Shown in pieces: positions 51,831-64,000 of a stretch of 64,000 nt of DNA (its first letter is position 1; each line of letters opens with the position of its first letter). The DNA comes from Eledone cirrhosa (taxonomy: Eukaryota). Below the pieces are notes generated by a model. That model was not told where the DNA came from. It saw only the letters and a program-made list of their open reading frames with translations, and did not search any database. The stretch lies in assembly GCA_964016885.1 (NCBI GenBank), contig OZ024741.1, forward strand, positions 317,502,001 through 317,566,000, in the 5' to 3' direction. A program made the position numbers and the translations under genes.

Positions 51831-54099
51831 TATTTATTTATATAAATATATATATATATATATATATGCATCAGTATGTGTATATTGAGCTGTATCAAAT
51901 ATTACTAATAGGAATCGATATATAATCTGCAATCGGGTTTCGATTCATAAAGGCCCTTTACTCAACAAATGCTTTAAGACACATAATTTCCCTTATATGT
52001 AAATATTGAAGCATTAAACCTATGTAAGAAATTATCATAATTATTGACGCTGGACTCAGCTGGGTTATGTGTTGATATGTTTTGTTTAAAACGAGAAAAT
52101 AGGTTACTAACAGTAATAACGCTGATGACAGTGGTGATGATGAAGATAGTGATGACTATGGTGACTGCAAATACAGTTTTCTAAAACTACATCATTGTAA
52201 CATGCATACATAGTAATGACGCCATTCGGTAATATTTTATTAATCTGGTGGTATTCAGATACTATCTAGACTTCGTTTTATTCTCAAGAAGAGGATTGCT
52301 GAAACACAAGATAGAAGATATTTATTTAAACAATATACCGAATGAATGATCCACGAAAAAGAAATATTTATCAAGACATGCTACATGTTAAAACGGGATC
52401 TACAGACACCTTATGTGTAGGCATAGTTAAGTAGGTAGATTGGTAGTAAACAATGTCTATCTGCTTGAATTCAGGTCCAGTCTGGAGTAAACCAGACTGC
52501 GAGAAAAACACGAAAGCGCGCAACTTCGGCACAATTAAAGCACACACTCATACATACACTTCTGTAAAGAAAATGACTGAGGGATGGGCGGAGTAAAGAG
52601 GGAATGGGAGAAAGGGGGAGAGTGAGAGAAAGAAGAACGAAAAGGAGGAATATACAGAGAGAGAGAGGAGCTGAGATGGCAATGTGAGAAAGGAAGAGAG
52701 GAAGAAGGGCCAGCGCAACAAATAAACAAATAAAAACCTTTTCAACAATCACGTAGACAAGAAATATATTGTTTAGTAGCATGACAACTGTAAAAAAATA
52801 CATAATTGCATTTATCTGCATGACATTAAATAGAGCGTAAGCAGATGCATGTATATATAACGGTGAAGAATAGATGAACACATCGTCACATATTTAGACT
52901 GATATATATATATATACGAGTCGCACATACACTGCTTTTCATACGCTTACACGTATGTATATATACACATATATTTATATATATATATATGCAGTTGGAC
53001 ATACATGCATACATATGCAGAGCCGTGCCTGTGCACGCATATATACAGAATATTAACATCATTGCCAATATTAACTTACATGAGAGATTTTGAAATGAGA
53101 TATTTTCGATATTGTCATAAGCAATGTCTCTGTCAGCTTTAGCAATTCTCCTTTTTAAAATAAATTAGGTCCGTCTGGGAGCGTAGAAAGCGGGACATAG
53201 CACAGACAGTGCGCACGTTTTCTATTGATTGGCGAGGGGGGTACAGAAAAAAAAACAAGAAACTTGGGAAGGGAAATAATCCATGATGGCCTAGTTTATG
53301 GTGTTGGATGGTGGGGGTCTATGTTTGTTTACATAGTCACTATCTCGTAGCACATAAGACAGCCGCTGTTGAATTCTCAAGTGAAATACTAATACTGCTG
53401 TCATCTCTCTCCCTCTCCTTCGCTCTATCTGCTTTTCATTTCCCCTCCCACCCTCTACGAGATGTCTGCATACATATTAATACGTCTCCACACACAATGC
53501 TTACATATGCATACGTGTGTTAAAACATGTCTGTGTGCATGTGTTATATGTATGCATACAACGAGAGGGAGGGATGAGTGAAGAGATAGACATAGATATG
53601 CACTAAGATAAACGGACATTCTTGCACATGTTCATACACTTTATTTATTATCCATATTGTAGCATATACGAACTCAGTGGAATATTATTTCAGTCTTAGT
53701 CTTGAATCACATCCTGCCCTGAAACATTATTCAGTATTGAATTAAGAGTTATATACAGCGATAATATATAATTGTTGCATGCAAAACCAACAAAGTAAAT
53801 AATAAAATACCTTTCCTGTGTTTTTTTAATGACCGTTTTATTTTTATTTTAATAATGGATTTACTTTCAAGGGAGTTAACTCTCATCATTAACTTTTCCA
53901 TTTAATTAAATCTATTTTGAAACCTTAGTTAATATTATTTCTGGCTATTCGTGGGGTTCAGTCTGTCGAGTTAACAGTTAACTTTAATTCCAACTAAGTT
54001 ACAGGCATTTTATCAAACTCTTTTTATATTTGATTTAGAGTGTACTCTTTTCTAACATTTTATTTTTTTTATTTAAATTTGTTCTCGGCAGATCTGTTC

Positions 54100-56690
54100 A
54101 TCTAGAGAACAGATCGGAGGTGGTGAATAGCGATATGGCCAGATATGATGGTTAGTTGTGATATAAGCGGGCTCCATCCGAACGAATAAGCAACCCCGGT
54201 AAACTACTAGGAGAGAAGGAGCAATGGGTGACACTATTAGTTCCCAAGAAAACTTTCACAACCCAATGATGTAGCTCTGACGAGGCAAGTAAAAACCGCC
54301 TCTAAAAAGCTTTAGGTAGTGGGGCCTGTTCAAAAAATATATTGCAGTCTCCACCCAACGCTACAAGAACTCTCGATAGTACTAAGACATGTCATAGGAG
54401 GCGTGGGATGGAAGCATTTAGGTTACATATATCGAGGGTCCGGAAAGAAGTAAACCTCGGCAAATGTAACTGGAACGTTACAACCCTTATAAACAAGGAG
54501 CAGGAATTAGTGGAAGAGGTCAGATGCTACTGGCTAGATATAATTGGGGTTTCCTCAACAATTTCGTGGCTCTGGAACTGTAGATATGGACGGAGGATGA
54601 AAACTCCACTATTAGGTGTGAAACCAGAAAATAACACACAGGTGGGAGTGAGAATACTCACAAGTCCCCAGCTGTCAGAATGTGGAATGAACTGGATCCC
54701 ATTAAGAGGGAAGATTTACCTCTTGAAGCTGAAACTGAAAGAAAAGTCTGTGGGTGGTGTGAGTTTATGCACCAAACAGAGAGCCCAATTTCTGATCCTT
54801 ACTTTAATGAAGTCACTGTAGTGTTAAATGTAATTATGAGTGAGTCATATATCCTATTGGGAGACATCAATGCATATATTGACACTGATTACCTGACATG
54901 GAAAGGAGTTATTGGAAGGATCAGCAATCTGATCTAAATACATATGGAGGCCTTATTAGACTTCTGTTCTAGTAATGAGATCCCTATTATGAACACCTTT
55001 GCACACAAAGACATCTACAAATACATGTTATATAAGAGGAATCAGGGACAGAGATCAATAATTGATTTTGTTATTGTCTCTGAACTCTTCGATTCTGTGC
55101 TGTATGTTCTTGTTAAGAGAGAGGCTGAACTGTCAACTGACCAACATCTTGTTATCTGCAGCCTGAGACTACATAAAGCCAAGAGAGACTGCCACAAAAC
55201 TTGCAGATTCAGCTCGAACTAGGGAATAAAGTGGGAAGTGCTGGCAGATAAGGACGTTGAAACAGAATGGAAATTTTTCAGCTGTTGAACGCTGCATGTG
55301 AAAGTGGCTTGGTGCTATGTGGCAAGAAGACCATTTGGTTCAATCAAAAGGTCAAAGATACCAACTGAGGAAAGAAGGAGGCCTACAAAGCTTGGCTTGG
55401 AAATAAGTCCTCCTCCTTGTACCTGCAGGAATTTGACTTCAGATCTGAAAATAAAGGTGTTCTGGCAGACCATCCACCAACTTCATAAGTTCCTCTCCAC
55501 ACCTAGTATCAGGAACGCATCTAGGTTTCTCCTCTCTTCAGAGATGCAGAGAATACTTTGCTGATCTAAACCCTGTCACAATATCTTCTGAATTCAGCTC
55601 GATATAGTAAAAGCCTTAAATAGAGAAGGTACTGTCTGGCTGACTCATGTGTGCCAGGTGGCCTGGATCTCTAGAAAGGCACCAATGCAACGACAATTGA
55701 CTGATAATTCCAATCTTCAAAAAGGGAAACAAGACAAATTTCTCTAACTATAGAGGGATCTCCTTGTTAAGCCTCCCTGTTAAAGTCTATGTGAAGTGTC
55801 TGGCAAAGAGATGTAAGGAGATTGTCATGTCCAAGCTAGCTGATGAAGTGTCATTTTCGCCCTGGATGCAACACAGCTGACCAAATATTCACACTGCAGC
55901 AGGTCTTTGAGAACTTGTAGGAGTATTACCAAGAGGTATATTCGTTTTGTAAATGGCGAAAAGGCATATAACTGGATTTCACGGGACCTGTTGTGGAAGT
56001 TTCTGCAGGAGTATGGGATTGATGGACAGCTTCTTGTTGCTGTTATGTCTCTGTATGAATGCCCTGGTATTTGTGTTTGGATAAATGGTGCTAAGTTGAA
56101 ACCATTTAATGTGGGTATCGGTCTCTAAGGATGTATACTGTCACCTCCTGTTCATAATCTTCATGGATGAGAATGACATGTACAGCCAGGTTGGAAGTGG
56201 TATTAAGGCTGGCGGGTGTATTTACAGATGACATAGTACTACTTAACTCCTCAGGTAATCTCCAACATGCACTTGATGGGTTTGCTACTGAGTGCTGCAT
56301 GGCAGGAATGAAGGTCAGAGCTGCAAAGAGTGAGACACTCAAAGAAGCCCACACAGCAGCCTCTACATGTGCATGGAGTTCCATTGAAGCAGGTGTAGAA
56401 GTTCAAGTATCTTGGGTTGTGTTCATGAGTGATGGAAGGCAGGATGCTGAAATAAATGCATCAGCTTCAGCAATCGGTCATCAGAGGAAGAGCGGTAAAA
56501 GCCAAACTTGCTATCTTCAATTTGGTATTTGTGCCAACCTTTACCTATGGTCATGAATCTTGGGAGCCAGTACAACTCTGAATTAAAAGATCACAGCTCT
56601 GATACTACAGGCATGTGGTTAGTGTCGCAGGAAAGAATTGATGGACATATTTTACCAGCCAGCAGGATATCCCAAACATTTGATAATGCC
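54100..56690 (+). mobile_element. Heavily decayed RTE-clade LINE (AP endonuclease + RT)
   Basis: NWNVTTL, ILLGDINA, RSIIDFVIVS, STDQHLV (APE); PIFKKG, NYRGISLLSLP, EKAYN, FTDDIVL (RT). Many frameshifts; boundaries approximate. Confidence 0.85.
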
Positions 56691-56858
56691 AATGTTCTTC
56701 ATACGTGTTTTTGTTAAATTCAATTCCTCTCAATAAACCTGATGATATGCAGGTTTTTGTGAATTGTGTGAATAATTGTTAATTAGATATAACTGATGGA
56801 TTCGTTGTTTACATATATATGTAAGCTTATCACCTGTATAGAAATAATTAGTTATTAA

Positions 56859-57463
56859 CCCTTTAGCATTTAAACTGGCTACATCCAGCCAGAATTCTCT
56901 CACCTCTTCTGTTCAAACCGGCCATAACTGGTCGCTCATATTGATGTTAAGATACTGTTTTCAAACTAAATAATATAAAAATCTGATAGATTCGATATTA
57001 TGAGAGGTAAAGCCTTTAACATGAAAATACAATAGTAAATATAGATTAATGTAAATGCTAAAGGGTTAAAGATGAATTTAATTTGAAAACTTTGGTTCTC
57101 TTCATTTTAACCCTTTAGCATTCACATTACTCTATATATACTATTATGTTTTCATGGTAAAGGCTTTACCTCGCATAATATCGAATCTATGAGATTTTGT
57201 TGTTATTTATTTTGAGAACAACACCTTAACATCAGTATGAGTGGCCAGTTACAGCCAGTTTCAACAGAAAGAGGTAGAGAATTCTGGCTGGTTTGAACAT
57301 TAAAGGGTTAAACAAGCCGTATCCAGCCAGAATTCTCTCACCTTTTTCTGTTCAAAGCAGCTGTTACTGGCTGCTCATACTTGCATTAAGGTATTGTTCT
57401 CAAAATAAATAACATCAAAATCTCATATGTACAATAATATAGAGTAATGTAAATGCTAAAGGG
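56859..57463. mobile_element. Three adjacent piggyBac-type MITE copies (56859-57065, inverted 57111-57307, 5'-truncated 57312-57463)
   Basis: TTAA-CCCTTTAGCATT...AATGCTAAAGGG-TTAA termini and a shared internal sequence (CCAGCCAGAATTCTCT). Confidence 0.85.
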
Positions 57464-57648
57464 TTAAATATATAATTTTAATAAATCCCTACAAATTCCT
57501 TATTAATTAATACAAAAACAGAGTTTTTCATTAAAAATAAAGTAATGAAAGGGTTAAAAAAGGTTGACATGATTGAAATTAACAAGATTTTTGTATAAAG
57601 GAAAAATAAAATGTTTATTTTCAAAACTATTTAGGAACAAATTTGAAA

Positions 57649-57771
57649 TTATCTATTTTTATTTCGGAATTTGTTCTGTTGTCTGCGGTTCTTTCCCATT
57701 CTTGGTTGCTTTTGGTTCCCTTTCTGTTTCTTTTGGTTTCCTTTCTGCTTTTGGGGTTTTCCTTTCTGTTT
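57649..57771 (-). CDS. EBNA1BP2: rRNA-processing protein EBP2, last coding exon
   Basis: TTTTCTAG acceptor, phase 0; KQKGKPQKQKGNQKKQKGNQKQPRMGKNRRQQNKFRNKNR* resembles the basic RxGKxxR EBP2 C-terminus. Confidence 0.8.
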   Translation of the reverse strand, partial: KQKGKPQKQKGNQKKQKGNQKQPRMGKNRRQQNKFRNKNR

Positions 57772-59161
57772 CTAGAAAACAAACAAGTTTGAACATTTTA
57801 TTAGAGTAAGAGCTAGACAGATTGAAAGACTACAGCCAGTCTGGAGTAGGAGGAGGACATAGAATCTAGCAGCAAATACAGAGAAGTCCTACAGGAAGCC
57901 TATAAAAGTAAGGAAGAGGAGTTGTGGACCAATGACACAAAGAAAAATTGGGAATTCCTATGAGACTACCTACTGAAAGTCATAGACCAGGTCTGAGGTT
58001 GGAGTAGTGTCCTAGCAAGATGGAGGAAGATGTGATGGTGGAATGATAAGGTAGATAAAACTACAAAAACAAAATGACAAGCCTATTTTAGATAACAATG
58101 AAACATGGGCCGTAACTGCAAAAGACCTAAGAAGGCTAAACAGAAATGAAACAAGTATGCTCTGAAGGATGTGTAATTTTAGTGTGCATGAATAATGTAG
58201 CATAAATAAACTTAGAGAAAAACTCAGCATAAGAGAATGTAGAGTGCAAGAGAGAAGACTGCACTGGTATAGACATGTTATGCATATGGAAGCGACAGAA
58301 ATTGGATGAGATAGTGAGAGCTGTTCTTAAGCTGAACTTCACAACCGGGATGAAAAGGACAGAGCTGTCACCATTATCATTGTATCTTCTACCCATGTAG
58401 TAGCTATTCTCAGCATCACTGTACACCACATCCCTACCCCTATTCCATTAAGAATTACCTCCGGCCCTTCTAAATTCTAACACTCAATCCAAGGTCACTG
58501 CCCATTCATTCTCCCATTCTACTCTAGATCTTTTCTTCTTTTTCGCCCACTTTTTTCCTGGGAGGGTCGTATCAATAATTTCTGGAGCAGCAAATTTCTT
58601 TATTCTCCCATGAGCCTTTTTCAATATTTCCTCCAAGATTGGTAAGAGGGAGATGAATGGATACTGAAACAGGTGTGCTGTCCTGTAAATCCTGTGACAA
58701 ATTTACTAACATCATTATTTTATATATTTTCCATGCTGGCATGGTTGGACGGGTCATCATGGTCCTAAACATGACATGGTCAGATAACATCTTGCTAATA
58801 CATTTTATATTTTTGTGATTTCTACAGCTGGATTACCTTTTCTAATGTTATCTACTTTGCGGAGTGCACTGGATGCAGTTTATCATGAAACTACCACTAC
58901 CACTTTACAGTGACCTGGGTGCATTCTATTGTGATTGGATTCCACAAAAGGAACTCAAGAGTCAGGTAGTGGTATTAAACAGGCAATGGGTTAGGACTAA
59001 AAGCTTAGAATGACAGGAGAAAAGGTAAAAAAAAAAAAAACTTTAGCGTGATTTGAATTCAGATAGCTGGAATGAATACCACAAAGCATTCACTCTGACA
59101 CTCTAACAACTCGACCAATATGCCATATATGTAAAGAACTGGGAATAGTGAAAATACTCAC

Positions 59162-59309
59162 CTGCTTTTGTCTCCGAGAACTTTGATTCAACATCATACT
59201 CTCGAGAGGAGAAAGCTCATCGAAGCTCTTGGCATTATTGGATTTTGACCATTTCTTTTTACCGCCAAAACCAAAACGTTCATTCTTACTCTGTCGCTTC
59301 GTGTTGGGT
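59162..59309 (-). CDS. EBNA1BP2: EBP2 internal exon
   Basis: PNTKRQSKNERFGFGGKKKWSKSNNAKSFD contains the conserved EBP2 FGFGGKK motif. AG/GT boundaries and phases are consistent with neighbouring exons. Confidence 0.9.
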
Positions 59310-60102
59310 CTAAAATTAATCACAAATCACCATTATCATAATAATACAATATAGACAACATCATAATAATACAATATATACATCATAATAATACAATAAA
59401 CAGTTTATCATAAGACTAGCACTACTACCACTTTACAGAGATTTGAACTCAAGAGCCGAAATGAATACTCCACATCAATACTGACTAGATCTATGCAGAC
59501 CTGTCTAACCCTTGCTAGCAGGAAAAGCAGATGCATGATGATGATGATGATGATACTTATCAACACCAACATTATCATCATAATTAGTATTACATCCATT
59601 TTTCCATGAGTTGGATGTGATGTTTTAAGGCAGGATTCTTCGGCTGCATGCCAACATTCACTTTCTTTTGAACTCTTAACATCCTGTACTACATCAAACC
59701 ACATTAGTAATGTTCTTGAAAAGTGCAACTCAGCAATATGATTGCATCACATTAAAAATTAAAGTATCCTAATGCTGCAAATTTTCACAACAACCTATCC
59801 AGTAGTACAGATTCTATGAAGATTTGAATTTACAAACCTGCTGTTAGATATTTTTGGCTAAATCACTACACGATGTTAATAGTTAAGTAACATTTGCTAT
59901 CTTCAACAGTTTTGTAAAATATATTGAATGTCACCATTTTTATGTCCACCTTTCCATGTTGGCAAGGCAGCAATAGACGCATGCCCAAATGCCCTTCCTA
60001 TTAAATTAAACTCTACTACTTTCAATAGTTATTTTTAAATAAATACAATAAAAAAAAAAAAACAGCCAAATTATTAGTAAAAGAGAATGAAAATATAATT
60101 AC

Positions 60103-60205
60103 TGAAGCTGATTATCAGATTTATTTGATCGTCGAGATGTTTTGTTAGGCTTCTCGTCATCTTCAAGTTTAATATCATCTAGGAAATCAATTTTGTCTTT
60201 CTGGC
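60103..60205 (-). CDS. EBNA1BP2: EBP2 internal exon
   Basis: (G)QKDKIDFLDDIKLEDDEKPNKTSRRSNKSDNQL(Q); AG/GT boundaries, phase 1 in and phase 2 out. Confidence 0.85.
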
Positions 60206-60559
60206 CTAAAATACAGAGGAGAAACAAGAAATGATTAAGGAAAACTAAGTACTTTTTATATACTATGGCAGTTATTTTGTATTAACCTTTTTGATACTCA
60301 AAGGTCTGAAACTACCTTCTACAATATAAAACCATATATTTTAATGTGTTTATATTTATCTAAAAACATTCTACGGGTAAAATTCTGTTATAATGAATAC
60401 CATTATAACAAATTTTCAGTATAACGAAATTTATTTCCTCGAGGTAATAACAAACACTCGAATTGTTTCAGTCCATCTTGTTATAAAGAATTTTTGGTTA
60501 CAATGAATTTTTTTTTATATCCTATGAATTTTGTTATAATTTTATGTAAGAATGACGTG

Positions 60560-60945
60560 TAAAGTGTATTTAATGGGGATATAACATCATACAGTGCATT
60601 TAATATGACTATAACATTGTACAGTGTATTTAATGGGAATATATCATTGTACAGTGTATTTAATGAGGGTACAACATTGTATAGTGTATTTAATGGGAAT
60701 ATAGCATTGTACAGTGTATTTAACAGGGGGTATAACATCGTACATTGCATTTAACAGGGGATATAGCATTGTACAGTGTATTTAACAGGGGATATAACAT
60801 TGTACAGTGTATTTAACAGGGGATATAACATCGTACATTGCATTTAAAGGAGATATAATATTGTTCAGTGTATTTAACAGGGATATAACAAGATACAGTG
60901 CATTTAAAGGTGATATAACATATAAACAGTATATTTAAAGGGAAT
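60560..60945. repeat. Intronic ~30-bp minisatellite (TACAGTGTATTTAACAGGGGATATAACATTG-like)
   Basis: About 12 degenerate tandem copies are visible. Confidence 0.85.
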
Positions 60946-60973
60946 AATAGTGAGGAAAATATTTTAAACATAC

Positions 60974-61049
60974 CTTTACGGTATTTCTTTACTTCTTCCA
61001 ACATTTTCTTCTTCTCCTGGGCTCTCTTCTTAATAACTTCAATTTGGAC
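60974..61049 (-). CDS. EBNA1BP2: EBP2 internal exon (upstream exons lie beyond the window end)
   Basis: VQIEVIKKRAQEKKKMLEEVKKYRKG matches the EBP2 VQ.EV..KR.QEK..M...KKY.KG pattern; AG/GT boundaries. Confidence 0.88.
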
Positions 61050-61647
61050 CTTGAAATATTTGTTGTATAAAGGTGTTTAGGAAAGATTGCAAATACACAC
61101 ACACATTAGTACAAATAGAGAGAGAAACATGTAAACAAATATATATATATATAAATAACACATTTATTACCATATCTCCAATGAATCAAGAATTTGGAAG
61201 AATTTAGTAAAATAACTTTCTCATTAAGCTGGTGTTTGAAACGAAACTTAACTAAAGTTCTTACATAAAATTATGATGAAAGGTTCCTAGATTAAACAAG
61301 GTTTTATATCATAGAAGCAGGGGTGGTTTCAAGCAGTTTGTATCAAAAAGGTTAAAATTTAATCTTATAACCCTATTTTTGGACAGCATTATCTGAATAA
61401 TCTTTACACAACCCACAAAGACAGATGCAAACATGTTGACATATGAGAATGGTGCTAGCATGTTAACATTAAACAGTGATGCCAGCACGTTGACATATAA
61501 GACAGTGGTGCCAGCATGTTGACACTTTAGACAGAGAGACTATTCCAGTAATTTAATTTTAATGACACTGGTCATATTGCTTCATTAACTGACCAGAGGA
61601 AGATCTCAATGGTCTGTTGTTAGGTAGTGTGATATCACGTAGGTTAA

Positions 61648-61850
61648 CCCCTTTAATACCAGTCTGCCCCTGGCTGTATAAAACAAACCCACCCATTTTA
61701 ACACCTTCCTTTTTAAATTTAAACCTATCAACATAATTTTATAAGAGACAAAATTTTATGTTACAAATACCATCTTAATAATGAAATATTAATTTTAGTA
61801 AATCTTCCTGAAATAGAGTGTATTTCATTAGAAATATGGTAACGAAAGAG
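61648..61850. mobile_element. piggyBac-type MITE
   Basis: TTAA-CCCCTTTAATACC...GGTAACGAAAGAG-TTAA. The right end is complementary to the 5' TIR of the element at 62632. Confidence 0.7.
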
Positions 61851-62631
61851 TTAAGCAAGTGCCCAAGTATTTCAGCTCATTGCTCACTATAGCAATATGT
61901 CAACTGACAGGAGGGAATGCAGGGGAGAGTTTAACATCTCTCTCTCTCCAAGCAACTAATGTGCTTCATCTCCTAAGTATCATCATCATTTTAATGTTTT
62001 TCCATACTGGAATAGGTTGGACAGGTCATCATAAACCAAGTCAGTACCTAGAGTTACCATCCTCTCACTAATTGACTGGGGGTCCACATTTCGCTTACAT
62101 TCCGATTTTTATGGCTAGATGCTTTTCCTATCATTAATCCCTTTACAAAGTGTACTGGATGCATTTTACTATGTCACCAGCACTGAAGAGGATGTTGTGT
62201 CCTTGATGCAACTGAAAAAGAGTCCTTTCAATCCTTTGTTTGGCATAGTTTTTTCAGCTGGATGCGTTTTATCGTGGCTCCAACACTAAAGAAGTTATGT
62301 CCATGCTGAAGTGCCCTCTCAAGCATTGATTAGCTATTCAAATCCTCAGAATATATGTTTTTTCTGTAGTTATTCTGGTGCCACTATGAAAAGCAGCCAG
62401 TCCACCTTGTAAAGCAGTAATGGTGGTGCCACAAAAAAAATGCTCCTAGTACACGCTGTAAAGTGGTTGGCATTAGGAGAGGCTGTAGAAACCAAGCTAA
62501 AAACAGATTCGAGCATCTGACATGGCTAACCTCATAACATGACAACCCATTTAACCTATACAAGCATGGAAAATAGATGTTAGATGATGATGATGTTCAT
62601 TAAAATATTAGCATTTTTGAAATCTCTTTAA

Positions 62632-64000
62632 CCCTTTCGTTACCAAACCGCCCGAAAATAATGTTGGTTCATGTGACCAAGCCGCTCAAAACCGCCCGTA
62701 CTCACACATTCATATTTAAATGAGAATATCAGAGCAAATCTCGTTAGTACATTCGTGAAAACACGTGATTATACTGCGTAAACAATTGAGCTACAGTTTT
62801 GGACAACGATCGACGTGTTATTTTAATTCTGTAAATTTTGGGAGATTTTTTTCAAAATTTGTTCGTTGTGTTTTGAAAATTTGTAATTCTGACAAAAAAA
62901 TGGATACCAATTTCATTCAGTCAAGCAGCGAGTCAGAATTCGAAGGAATTTCCTCTGAAGACCTTGAAAAATCTAACTCTATAACTGAAAAAAAAAGCAT
63001 GTGGTATTTGATAATGAATCCGATGTTTCATTTTCCGAAAGTGAAAACAGTGAATCCGAAAGCTCCGATGACAGCGATAAAGAAAATGAATTGGCACCTG
63101 AATGGAGTAAAAATTAAAAAACTGTTTCTTTCAGTGATTTTTGTGAAGAAACTGGACCAAGTCACAGTCTATCCCAGGAGAGCAAAGCTTTAGACTATTT
63201 CCATTTACTTTTTCTATGAGCTTGTTTGAAATTATTACGGCGGAAACAAACCGTTACACTGAAAGTAAACAAAGCGAAAAAAAAGGATAGTTTGTGGTTT
63301 CCCACAAGCTTAAATGAAATTAGAGCTTATTTTGCCATAAATATTATTATGGGCATTAGAAAGCTACTCAGAATTACAAATTACTGGAGTAGCGATGAAC
63401 CCTTTGGAGACGAATATGTCTCGATTATAATAACGAGGACACGGTTTTTTAAATTGACGCAATATTTACATGTAAGAGACACGAGCAGTACACCAGTACG
63501 GGGAGAACCAAACTATGATCCCTTATTTAAAATAAGACCCCTCATTGACTGTGTTCAAAACACATATAAAACAGTTTACAAACCAGGGAGATATTTATCT
63601 ATCGATGAGGGTATGGTGGGCTATAAAGGCCGAGTGCGTTTTCGACAATATATGCCAGGAAAGCCCACAAGATGGGGGATCAAAGTTTGGAAGATTTGTG
63701 AATCGAATACTGGGTACTGCTCTGGATTTGAATTTTATACTGGCAAAAGAGACAATTATGTAAGTCTGCATGGCCTAGGGTATGATGTGGTCTGGAATTT
63801 ATCACTTCCATACCATAACCAGGGCCGTATATTATTTTTTGACCGGTTTTTCAATTCGGTCAAACTTGCGGAGAATTTAGATACTGTGGAAACACATACA
63901 TGTGCTACAGTGATCGCTAATAGAAAAGGACTGCCGTTGGATATAAAAAAATCAAAATAAAAAAAAAAGGTGAAATAATTCAACGGCAGAAAGGAAATTT
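62632..64000 (+). mobile_element. piggyBac transposon, 5' part (TIR plus disrupted PGBD4-like transposase from ATG 62900); continues past the window
   Basis: TTAA-CCCTTTCGTTACC terminus, acidic N-terminus, and NYWS, RFFKLTQYLH, DPLFKIRPL, LSIDEGMVGYKGR..RQYMPGKPTRWGIKVW, LFFDRFFNS motifs (DDE_Tnp_1_7). Frameshifts or stops near 62990, 63217 and 63960. Confidence 0.93.

Noticed and set aside
52480-53260. Candidate promoter/first exon of the 7-finger ZNF (CpG-containing patches, ATTGG box)
   Set aside because: Plausible, but no clear donor site or TSS evidence from sequence alone.
62900-63960. Domesticated PGBD gene
   Set aside because: Retains TTAA plus TIR and has frameshifts and stops, so it is a decaying transposon.

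Overview
Eukaryotic, AT-rich, repeat-dense genomic DNA. It is most likely from an octopus or other coleoid cephalopod, an inference from the YHCEICGKSF-type C2H2 zinc-finger array, abundant microsatellites and the SINE/LINE types. Host genes, all on the minus strand: two C2H2 zinc-finger genes with single-exon CDS (13 fingers at 38673-39884; 7 fingers at 47715-49313) and the last four coding exons of an EBP2/EBNA1BP2 rRNA-processing gene (57649-61049). The rest is mostly tandem repeats and decayed mobile elements. The tandem repeats are a GTAGTG/GGT tract, a 6.4 kb 32/35-bp satellite, a 61-bp minisatellite, a TTAGGG-variant array and a 4.1 kb 40-bp satellite. The mobile elements are CR1-like, two R4/Dong-like and three RTE-like LINEs, Penelope fragments, tRNA-SINEs, Helentron-like non-autonomous elements, Tc1/mariner and piggyBac elements with MITEs, and a gag-only LTR element. 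Most notable: (i) a 1.4 kb gag-only LTR element flanked by a 169-bp near-perfect direct duplication; (ii) a 5S-rRNA-headed retro-insertion whose empty site is visible in an inverted paralogous segment 26 kb away; (iii) several foldback structures, one enclosing a hammerhead-ribozyme-like core. All long low-complexity ORFs are repeat artefacts. No wholly new multi-gene system can be supported from the sequence alone.
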